The translations under genes were made by a program, and so were the position numbers. The notes beneath the pieces were generated by a model, which saw only the letters and a list, made by a program, of their open reading frames with translations, did not search any database and was not told where the DNA came from. Shown here piece by piece: positions 9,812-17,717 of a stretch of 64,000 bases of DNA. Within the stretch, counting starts at the first letter, position 1; the number at the start of each line of letters is the position of its first letter. Source of the DNA: an uncultured Verrucomicrobiae bacterium (GTDB taxonomy: Bacteria; Verrucomicrobiota; Verrucomicrobiia; Chthoniobacterales; UBA10450); contig CAWKCU010000012.1 in NCBI GenBank assembly GCA_963848215.1, forward strand, positions 16,684 through 80,683, read 5' to 3'.

Positions 9812-10675
9812 CTATCTTGCAATTTTCAATGCGATTGGTGCTCCAGCTTTATTTGCTGCTGCGAAGCAAAATAGATAAAGCGGGGAGTTTTGCGAGTTCC
9901 ACAAGACGCCTGGTTTTGAGACTGCCTCGAAAACCGATTCCAATCGTTCGACCAGAAAAGAGGTAACTTCTTCCCAGCCCGCGGTGCGCACAGTCGATAT
10001 CCGCTGAGTATCAAAGAAATCTGGCTCAGTCTCGGCGACATAAAACCTGTTGATCCATTCATGGGTACCAAAAATTCGATCGAGCGCCGCTTGCCATTCT
10101 GGCGGCGGTTCTTTGGTCCGCTGCAAGAGTCGCATGACCGCTTGCCCCAGCGGAAATAGCAGCCAGAGGTCAACAGCCTTTGTCTGCCCAAGCGCTGCTA
10201 TCGTTTCCCACTCTACTTGCATCCCGTATGGATCGAGAAAAACGACGGCGCGATTCTTATTCCAGTCCGTGTCCCGACTAAACTTTAGTAAGCGCGCGTT
10301 CGCATCACCTTGTTGAATCGTGATGCATTCTTTGTTTGGCGACCTCGCCTTCAGTGCCTCCAGGTCAGCAACCCGTGTTGGTGACTTCTCAATAAAAAGG
10401 TAGCGATCGAAGGAATGTTCTATTGCGCGACTGACGCTGCCTTGCAACAGATTGACCGCCTCCGGTTCTCCGAGCTCTGCAAAGAGGTCACTGGTTTCCG
10501 TGGCGGGGACATTCGTTCGGATCAGTCCGCTTCCTGCGAACGCATCGACGTAAGTAATCTGGAAATAGCGAGCTCGTTCGTTCCTTGTAAAAATCGAGCA
10601 GTAGGCGCTTAGGTAATCATCAAGAATTCGCAGCTTTCGCTCAGTCCAGTCACCGCCAAATTCGTGAGTCGACAT
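9812..10675 (-). CDS. tcmP: three-Cys-motif partner protein TcmP
   Basis: HEFGGDWTERKLRILDDYLSAYCSIF...ITYVDAFAGSG fits the TIGR04474 N-terminus. DAFAGSG resembles SAM-methyltransferase motif I. It lies 25 nt upstream of the DUF5131 gene on the same strand. A sampled 60-nt stretch (9821-9880) has 25/60 G+C, against 40/60 at 11701-11760. Confidence 0.8.
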   Translation of the reverse strand: MSTHEFGGDWTERKLRILDDYLSAYCSIFTRNERARYFQITYVDAFAGSGLIRTNVPATETSDLFAELGEPEAVNLLQGSVSRAIEHSFDRYLFIEKSPTRVADLEALKARSPNKECITIQQGDANARLLKFSRDTDWNKNRAVVFLDPYGMQVEWETIAALGQTKAVDLWLLFPLGQAVMRLLQRTKEPPPEWQAALDRIFGTHEWINRFYVAETEPDFFDTQRISTVRTAGWEEVTSFLVERLESVFEAVSKPGVLWNSQNSPLYLFCFAAANKAGAPIALKIAR

Positions 10676-10782
10676 ACTTCAAAAGAGATCGAGGTAACTT
10701 GTATCGTTAATGCCCATCGATGAGCAATAGCTGCGTTGAATCAGCTCGGCAGTAGCATATCTCGTCTTACCCTTCAGTTGTC

Positions 10783-10937
10783 GCTAGGCGACAAATTTAA
10801 ACACGACAAAGCAAAGCCTTGAGCCCGCGGCGAACATGGAGGGGTAGTAAAGGCCGATGATGGTGGCGTTAATTGCTTTCGGCGCATACTTCGCGAACAA
10901 GGCGAAGTTGACGGGAAGCATGCAGGCGAAGCCGATG
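10783..10937 (-). pseudogene. 3' remnant of a POT-family peptide transporter paralog
   Basis: Translates to IGFACMLPVNFALFAKYAPKAINATIIGLYYPSMFAAGSRLCFVVFKFVA*. This aligns with IAFAHLLPVSLALFARFAPKAINATIIGLYYLAFFAGN...GSGLCFVLFKFIAG of the gene at 14640..16026, minus about 28 internal residues and everything upstream. The remnant abuts the ppa stop codon directly. Confidence 0.7.
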
Positions 10938-11630
10938 CTACGACGTGCCGACTAACGACCGGCGCAGCTCTTCGATGCGCGTCTCAGGTGCGCCGTAGGT
11001 GGCGCGATAGTCTTCGATGCTGCGGAGAATGACCGCGGATGCGCCCGCGCGGTCGTAGACTTCGGGGATTTCGACGCGGCGATTCTGCTCCTCCGGCAGC
11101 TGTTTGTAGGTCAGGAAGTAATGTTTGAGCCGATCGATCAACCCGGGCGGAGCGTCTGCGATGTTTTCCATATGACCGTAACTGACGTCGGACTCGAGCA
11201 CGGCGATGATTTTGTCGTCGGCTTCGTCCCCGTCGATCATGCGGAAGCCGCCGATCGGCACCGCACGGACAATGAAGTCGCCATGTGCGGCCGGCCGTTC
11301 GGTGAGAACGCAGATGTCGAGCGGATCGCCATCGCCGCGAATGCCGCTGCGGCCGGTGTTCGCTTCGCATAGCCGCGCCACCGCGCTTCCGCAGAAGGTT
11401 TGCGGAATGAAGCCGTAGGGCGTCGGGCACATGCTGGAGAAACGTTGCGGGCGATCGACGCGCAGGTGGCCGGTGGGTTTGTCGAGTTCGTACTTCACCG
11501 CGTCGGTGGGCACGATCTCGATATAGGCGTGGACAATAGCGGGTACCTCCGGCCCTGGGCCAACACCATGCCATGGATGCGCTTTGAAGAGCTTCGCAAG
11601 GAGATCGTTTAGCGCGTCATTCATAGACAT
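10938..11630 (-). CDS. ppa: inorganic pyrophosphatase, family I
   Basis: Intact 230 aa ORF with YIEIVPTDAVKYELDK, YGFIPQT, DGDPLDICVL, DDKIIAV and LKHYFLTYK. Confidence 0.9.
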   Translation of the reverse strand: MSMNDALNDLLAKLFKAHPWHGVGPGPEVPAIVHAYIEIVPTDAVKYELDKPTGHLRVDRPQRFSSMCPTPYGFIPQTFCGSAVARLCEANTGRSGIRGDGDPLDICVLTERPAAHGDFIVRAVPIGGFRMIDGDEADDKIIAVLESDVSYGHMENIADAPPGLIDRLKHYFLTYKQLPEEQNRRVEIPEVYDRAGASAVILRSIEDYRATYGAPETRIEELRRSLVGTS

Positions 11631-11685
11631 CGTTCCAAAACCGTCGACCTCAGGAAGTTAGTCAGTTCTTCGGCCGATCCTCGCC

Positions 11686-13848
11686 TCAATTGTTCGCGTC
11701 GGCCGGCTTGGGTGGGGCGGGCTTTGCTTCGTCGGGTTTCGCTTCGTCCTTGGGCTCGAATTTTGGCTTCTCCAGGGTCGGTTTGCCCCCGATGTAGCGG
11801 GCCAGCCAGCTTTGCATCTCCCAATGCCAGTGAATGGCGTTCTGCGGCTTCAAGACCCAGTGATTTTCATCGGGGAAAATGACGAGGCGCGACGGGACAT
11901 TCTGCGCCTGGAGGGCGGCGTAGAGTTCCAGGGCATTGCCGTAGGGGACGCGGTAATCGAGTTCGCCATGGATGACGAGCGTCGGCGTTTTGAAATTCTT
12001 CGCGTAGAACATCGGATTATTCCGCTGGAGCCCCTCTACGTCGCCCCATGGGCTCCCGCCCATCACCAGCGGCCAACCGTGCGGCCCGTCGGTCCCGAAT
12101 TGCGAGTAGCTGTTGTTGACGCCGGCGTGGTCCACCAGCGCCTTGAATCGATCGGTGTGCCCGAGGATCCACGCTGCCATATAGCCCCCGTAGCTCGCGC
12201 CCGCGGCCGCGAGCTTGTCGCCATCGATGTTCGGGAACCGCTGCATCAGCATGTCGGTTGATTTCATGATGTCCTCGAGCGGTTTGTCGCCCCACTGATT
12301 CAGGATGCTCTGCGCGAATTTCTCGCCGAACCCGGTGGAGCCGTGCCGATTCACCCAGGTCACGATCCAGCCGGCGGCCGCGAAGAGCTGGGTATTCCAG
12401 CGGTAGCTCCAGCTGTCGCGGTTCATCGTGTGCGGACCGCCATGGAGCAATTGCACGAGCGGGTATTTTTTGGCGGGATCGTAATTCGGCGGCAGCACCA
12501 GCCAGCCGTGGATGTCCGCGTCGTTCGCGCCCTTGAACCAATACGGCTCCGCCTTTCCCAGGGTGAAGCTCTTCATGAATTCATCGTTGAAATGCGTCAG
12601 CTGGCGAGCTTTCCCGGTCTTGGCATCGAGCGCGAAGATTTCGTTAGGCCGGCTCGAGTTGTCGTTCTGGAAGACGACCGCGTCCGCGCGGACGTCGAGG
12701 CCGGTGGAGGTGCCTTCCCCGTGCACTGGCTTGAGGCCGGTGCCATCAGCGTTCAGGCGGAAGATCGGCACCACGCCTTTTTCTTCCGCGGTGATCCACA
12801 ACGTGCGGTTATCCGGGGCCACCCGCACGTCGCCGATCGAGTAATCGAGCGCCTCGGTCACCTGCACGTTGCGGCCCGCGGCCAGATCATGCCGCCAGAG
12901 CTTCTCGGATTCGCCGGAGTAATACGGTGTCTCCTGCCGCTTGAAGAAGACGGAGCGGCCGTCGGGCGCGAAAATCGGAGAGCCGTCGTCGCCCTTGTTC
13001 TCCGGCGTCACATTTTTCACGGAACCGGACCCGTCCGTCGGGATGAGGTAGATGTCGGCGTTTGGGAAATCGCGGAACGGTGCCGGCGTGGAGTTGAACT
13101 CGAGCGCAATGGTTTTCCCGTCCGGTGAAACGTCAAAGTGGATGTCCCCGCTGTTGAGGAAGAGGCGGTCCGCCGCCGGGGTGAGATCAGTGAGGGCCTT
13201 TGTCGCCAGGTCGACGCGCAACAGGCGGTGCACGAGATTGTCGGTGAGGTAGTGGTCGAAGTAACGATATTGCCGGTTCTCCGTCACTTTCGCCGTCATC
13301 TTGGAGTCCTTGCGCCGCTTGAACTCCTTCTTCATCGCAGCGAGGTCTGCCTTCTCCCACTTGCCGATGAGCTCCGGAATCGCCGCGGTCGCGAAGATGA
13401 TGCTCTTGCCGTCCGGCATCCACTTCGGCGCGATAACCGAGCTCGGCAGCTCGAGGATTTTTTCCGCCTCACCGCCGCCGAATGGGATCACGTAAAGCGA
13501 GCCGTTCTCATCCTCGCCGCGCTTCGAAGTAAAGGCGATGCGGGTCCCATCCGGGCTCCATCGAGGTGCATCTTCGCTCGTTTCCGCGGTGGTGAGCCGG
13601 CGCACTTCTCCACTGGCCACGGCAACCGTCCAGAGATTGCTGGTGCTTTTGTTTTTCTCGATCGACCACTCCTGCACCGGGAAAACGGCGTGGCGGCCAT
13701 CGGGGGACAACGCGGGCGTGCCGACGCGCTTGATCCCCCACAGGTCTTGCGGGGTGAGAAGCCGCGGTTCCGCGGCGAACGTGGCGAGACCCAAACTTAC
13801 CGTAAGGACAAACCCGAGGAGCAAACGCGTTATCATGCCTGCAGCCAT
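11686..13848 (-). CDS. S9 family serine peptidase (prolyl oligopeptidase / acylaminoacyl-peptidase type)
   Basis: Intact 720 aa ORF with a signal peptide and beta-propeller repeats (SPDGR, SPDGK). It has the nucleophile elbow GASYGGYMAAW, DHAGV and HGELDYRVP...DENHW, plus a Lys/Pro-rich C-terminal tail. Confidence 0.9.
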   Translation of the reverse strand: MAAGMITRLLLGFVLTVSLGLATFAAEPRLLTPQDLWGIKRVGTPALSPDGRHAVFPVQEWSIEKNKSTSNLWTVAVASGEVRRLTTAETSEDAPRWSPDGTRIAFTSKRGEDENGSLYVIPFGGGEAEKILELPSSVIAPKWMPDGKSIIFATAAIPELIGKWEKADLAAMKKEFKRRKDSKMTAKVTENRQYRYFDHYLTDNLVHRLLRVDLATKALTDLTPAADRLFLNSGDIHFDVSPDGKTIALEFNSTPAPFRDFPNADIYLIPTDGSGSVKNVTPENKGDDGSPIFAPDGRSVFFKRQETPYYSGESEKLWRHDLAAGRNVQVTEALDYSIGDVRVAPDNRTLWITAEEKGVVPIFRLNADGTGLKPVHGEGTSTGLDVRADAVVFQNDNSSRPNEIFALDAKTGKARQLTHFNDEFMKSFTLGKAEPYWFKGANDADIHGWLVLPPNYDPAKKYPLVQLLHGGPHTMNRDSWSYRWNTQLFAAAGWIVTWVNRHGSTGFGEKFAQSILNQWGDKPLEDIMKSTDMLMQRFPNIDGDKLAAAGASYGGYMAAWILGHTDRFKALVDHAGVNNSYSQFGTDGPHGWPLVMGGSPWGDVEGLQRNNPMFYAKNFKTPTLVIHGELDYRVPYGNALELYAALQAQNVPSRLVIFPDENHWVLKPQNAIHWHWEMQSWLARYIGGKPTLEKPKFEPKDEAKPDEAKPAPPKPADANN

Positions 13849-13953
13849 ACCAGCCGCGCGGGCAGAGTAAAAGCAGGGACTATTTTGAAAGTGACCCGCG
13901 CGACGTGTGACGAGTGACGTGTGACATGCGAAGGCGCGCTGACACGCTCGGAT

Positions 13954-14358
13954 CTATCGGCCGGGCGGCGCGACGAGAGGGATCACTTCGCGCTTGTTCC
14001 GGCGATAAACAAGAAAGTCTTGGTCGACGGTGAGGACGCTGTGCTTCGGATGCAGCTCGCTCATCCGAATGAGGCAGAGATCGGCCAGGTCTGGTTTGCG
14101 ATCACCATAGCGTTTGGCCAGGGCGGCAAGTTGGGGCAGGTGATCGTCGCAATCGAAGGCGAGCCGGATCAGATCTTCTTCGATCATTTCGAAGACGATC
14201 CCGGCATCGCCGAGATGAAATGCAGTTTCGGCCAGCACCGGCTCGCAGGTGAGAAGAGGCTCGGTGATTTGAGCGGCGACTTCTAAGGCCCAGGCATGAT
14301 ACCGATCGCGCGCATTAACAAAGGCGACGAGGAAACCGGTGTCGGCGATCCCTCTCAA
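13954..14358 (-). CDS. vapC: PIN-domain toxin (VapC-like)
   Basis: 134 aa. The N-terminal ADTGFLVAF acidic motif and the C-terminal LTVDQDF are typical of PIN. It overlaps the upstream antitoxin ORF by 4 nt. Confidence 0.75.
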   Translation of the reverse strand: MRGIADTGFLVAFVNARDRYHAWALEVAAQITEPLLTCEPVLAETAFHLGDAGIVFEMIEEDLIRLAFDCDDHLPQLAALAKRYGDRKPDLADLCLIRMSELHPKHSVLTVDQDFLVYRRNKREVIPLVAPPGR

Positions 14359-14573
14359 TGCTTTGCGAATCCTTTCCGGCTCGAGAGATCGCGCGGAGCC
14401 TTCTTGATGAGGCCGGCGAGGCGCATGAAATTTTTGGCTTTCTTGTCGCCGCGTCGAAGTTGCTCGAGTTGCTCGCGCACAATCTGTCCCTGCGACATGC
14501 CGGTTCGTTCCGCCTTTTTCTGCAACCAGGCCGAAAGCGGCTTTGCGACACGAATGGTAATTGTGTTACTCAT
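14355..14573 (-). CDS. vapB: ribbon-helix-helix antitoxin (VapB/CopG-like)
   Basis: 72 aa. ITIRVAKPLSAWLQKKAERTGMSQGQIVREQLE is an RHH-type beta-strand plus two helices. It is translationally coupled to the PIN gene. Confidence 0.7.
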   Translation of the reverse strand: MSNTITIRVAKPLSAWLQKKAERTGMSQGQIVREQLEQLRRGDKKAKNFMRLAGLIKKAPRDLSSRKGFAKH

Positions 14574-14639
14574 CGGTCATATTTGTAACACATCCTATCG
14601 CTTGACCAAGGAAATTTCTTCGCGGGGGATTGGACGGGT

Positions 14640-16026
14640 TCAAGTGGATTCCGCTCGGAGATGATGGCCGGCGATGAATTTGAAGAGGACGAAGCAGAGG
14701 CCGGAGCCGAGGGCGAAGGCGGCGTGGAGGAGCCAGAAGTTGGTGGTGGGCATCGTCTCGAGGAAGCCGCCGACCCAGCCGACCATGCGTGTTGCCGGCG
14801 AAGAAGGCCAGGTAATAGAGGCCGATGATGGTGGCGTTGATCGCTTTGGGCGCGAACCTGGCGAAGAGGGCGAGGCTGACCGGCAGCAGATGGGCGAAGG
14901 CGATGCTGTTGACGAAGTGGAAGGCGACCGGCCAGAAGAGGCCGATCTTTTCGCCGGCGCCTTGGGTGGCGGCGGCGGCGACGAGGCACATGGCGCCGCC
15001 GATGGAGAAGGCTGAGCCGATGATGAGCTTGGTGATTTCGTCCGGCTCGCGCCAGCGTTTGCCATACCAGCGATAGAAGAGAGCGACGATCGCGAGGAAG
15101 CTGACGCTGACGATGGCGTCGAGCGTGACGAGCCAGGTGGTGGGCAGTTTTTTGCCCATGAAGACGAGGTCGAACTGCTGGTCGCCCCAGACGAGGTAGG
15201 CGTTGAAGATCTGGTTGTTGGGCACGATCGCGACGGCCATGACCGGGATGAGGAGGATAAGCGCGATGACGGCGCGCCAGTCGCGCCCGGTGAGTTTCGC
15301 TTTTGGCGCCACGGTTCCGGCGGCCCTGGCGGCAGCGACGGCGCGGGGGTCGTTGTCGGACGCGCGGAGATATTTCTGGCCGGAGAGATAGATGGCGATG
15401 GCGAGCGAGCATTCCGACTCCGGCCGCGGCGAAGCCGTAATGCCAGCCGAGATTTCGCCGAGCGTTCCGACGATGAGCGGCGAGGCGATGACGCCGGCAT
15501 TGATGCCGAGGTAGAAGATCTGGAAGGCGTCGGCGCGGCGGAGGTCCTCGGGTTTGTAAAGCGAGCCGACCTGGCTGGCGATGTTGCCCTTGAACATCCC
15601 GCAACCGAGGACCAGGCAAAGGAGCGCGAAGAGAAACGCGGCCTCGAACGCCATCAGGAAATGGCCGGCCGCCATGGTGAGCGCGCCGAGCAGAACGGTG
15701 CGACGCCGGCCGAGGAAGCGGTCGGCGAGGAAACCGCCGAAGATCGGGGTCAGATAAACGCTGGCGGTGTAGGTGCCGAAGATGGCGGAGGCGAGCGCCT
15801 GGCCATCGAGGCCGCCGTAGAGCTGCCGGAAGCTGTCGAACGCGGCGACGTGCTCGATCCGCCCGGGCAGGAGGAGATACTTGACCATGTAAAGGACAAG
15901 CAGCGCCTGCATCCCGTAGTAGGAGAAGCGTTCCCACGCCTCGGTGAAGGCGAGATACCAAAGCCCGCGCGGATGGCCGAAGAAATCGGGTTCGTGGTCT
16001 TCGCCGGCCGAGCGGCGCGGCATCAT
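14640..16026 (-). pseudogene. POT/PTR2 family di-/tripeptide:proton symporter (three indels; pseudogene or assembly errors)
   Basis: ERFSYYGMQALLVLY, TPIFGGFLADRFLGRR and GNIASQVGSLY. The conserved LGWHYGFAAAGVGML is readable only in another frame between about 15405 and 15455. The C-terminus MVGWVGGFLETMPTTNFWLL...EST is in the frame of ORF 14640..15500, after an indel near 14788. Confidence 0.8.
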
Positions 16027-16152
16027 CGGGTTCGGCGGTGGCGGTCATGCGGGCGATGGTGAAGTGACGAGTGACAGTGACAAGGGGGAAGAGAAGTGAC
16101 CCGCCACGGCGGGTGACGAGTTGGGGAGAGCGGACGCGGCAGCGCGGCGTCT

Positions 16153-16461
16153 CTACCTTCGCCAGGGACGCAAGACGCGGTGCTCGGGGGTCGCGGTCGG
16201 GTGGTCGCTGGTGGTTTCGATCAGTTTACGCCGCCGCAAGAGCTCGAGCGCGGTTTGCACGGCGCTTTTCGACAGGCCGGTCGCTTCGGCGAGGCCGCGC
16301 AAACTCATCGGCACCGGTTTCCATTTCGCGCGTGCGGCCTGGCTGTAGAGAAAGGTGTAAGCGAGATAGGCGGCGGGTTGTTTGTCGTGCCCAACGATGT
16401 CGCGCATCAGGACGTCGACGATGTAGTCGTCGAAGGCGATGGTCTGACGGGATCTCGGCAT
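16153..16461 (-). CDS. small winged-helix/HTH DNA-binding protein
   Basis: 102 aa. MSLRGLAEATGLSKSAVQTALELLRRRKLIE is a typical HTH plus wing segment. Confidence 0.55.
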   Translation of the reverse strand: MPRSRQTIAFDDYIVDVLMRDIVGHDKQPAAYLAYTFLYSQAARAKWKPVPMSLRGLAEATGLSKSAVQTALELLRRRKLIETTSDHPTATPEHRVLRPWRR

Positions 16462-16552
16462 GTGTGAATCTGGAAGCCAGGAGACCAGGAGATTCAGGAA
16501 TTTGAAACCAAAACCTCATGGTTTCCGGTTTCCAGATTTCGCAATCTATCTC

Positions 16553-16570
16553 CTATACCGATAAACGGAC
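16553..16570 (-). promoter_or_regulatory. 18-nt motif CTATACCGATAAACGGAC (copy 1), 92-109 nt upstream of the HTH gene
   Basis: Identical 18-mer at 19084-19101. Both copies are intergenic and upstream of minus-strand genes. Confidence 0.4.
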
Positions 16571-16614
16571 GAATTTTGTATCTGGAAAGCGGTCGAGAGA
16601 AGGCTCCGGCTTTA

Positions 16615-17415
16615 TCAGAGTCGTTTCGTCGTCGAGCGCCTTTTTTTGGTTTGCGCATCACCGAACAAATTTCGTATCGCGCGGTCGACCGACTGGAAGG
16701 TGAGAACAAATGGGTTCGTCTCCTTGCGCGCTTTAACGTGCCGTTTGCGACGGGCAGAGCGGGCCTTGGACTTGACCGCCACTTCCACGCGCTCCTCGTC
16801 AAGAGCCCCAAACTCCCAAGCGTTGTCAGGGCGTGACTGCACGAGCAAGCCGTTCCCGACTGCGTTCCCCGTTGTATGGCCGGTCAGCGCAAAAGCGAGC
16901 TCGCCCGGCGCCCCCGCTTCACCCAAATCGTTGGTCAGTCCAGATGGCTCGCCGGTAAGGCGGGGTCGCTGCCGGTCACGCCCAACCGGGTTCGCCATGC
17001 TGAGCTCGATCCGATCCTGGCCGCTTCCGACAGGGTCGAATTGGCTGAGGCGTTCGCCGCCGGGCCAGAGAAACGGCGGATAGCTCGGGAGCTTTTCGCC
17101 ATTCGCCCCGCGAATTTCGCCACCGTGTCTGAGAACGATCGGTGTCCGCGCAGCCAGCGGTTGGACCCGGGCAAGACCGAGGGAGGCGAGCGTTTCTGAG
17201 TCAAGAATGCCGGTCGCGGCAAATCCCTTTTTCTCCTGGTATCGCTTGATCGCAGCGGTCAGGGCCCGGCTCTGTTCGCCGTTGGGATTGGCATAAAAGA
17301 GATGCCGTTTGCGGAGTTCTTCCTGGACTCTGCGGATCTGTTCATCGGCAAAAATGTCCCCGGGCAACAAGATGGACGTTGTTAGAATCAGCAGGGAAGC
17401 AACGTACTTGCCCAT
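16615..17415 (-). CDS. secreted protein with peptidoglycan-binding (PG_binding_1) domain
   Basis: MGKYVASLLILTTSILLP signal from the ATG at 17415. RRVQEELRKRHLFYANPNGEQSRALTAAIKRYQEKKGFAATGILDSETLASLGL matches the PGB1 repeat. The C-terminal half is low-complexity and basic. Confidence 0.65.
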   Translation of the reverse strand: MGKYVASLLILTTSILLPGDIFADEQIRRVQEELRKRHLFYANPNGEQSRALTAAIKRYQEKKGFAATGILDSETLASLGLARVQPLAARTPIVLRHGGEIRGANGEKLPSYPPFLWPGGERLSQFDPVGSGQDRIELSMANPVGRDRQRPRLTGEPSGLTNDLGEAGAPGELAFALTGHTTGNAVGNGLLVQSRPDNAWEFGALDEERVEVAVKSKARSARRKRHVKARKETNPFVLTFQSVDRAIRNLFGDAQTKKRRSTTKRL

Positions 17416-17717
17416 ACCTTTGAATCGGTCCTTGCCCGCGGGGTGGACTTTGCGCCGGACCTCTGGAGACCGCCCGCAAACTTCGCTTTGTGGCACTAAC
17501 GGCTGAGGCTCAAGCCCTTAGCTGATTGACAACTATCTCGGTAATTTCGCGAGATTCTTTTCAAACCTTCTTAAACCACCTCACTTAGAGCCTGGTCAGG
17601 TTACATGAGTGTTACCAAGCCCTCGACGCCATTGGCATTCACGATGCTCGCCACCGCCCGTTGCCAGACTCGGCAAACGAACGCGGTCTCCTGCCGGATG
17701 ATGGCGACCGCAACGGA

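Noticed and set aside
17491-17506. TGGCAC hexamer as a second sigma-54 promoter
   Set aside because: The -12 position reads GCTGA instead of TTGCA. It is also on the plus strand, facing the 5' end of a minus-strand gene.
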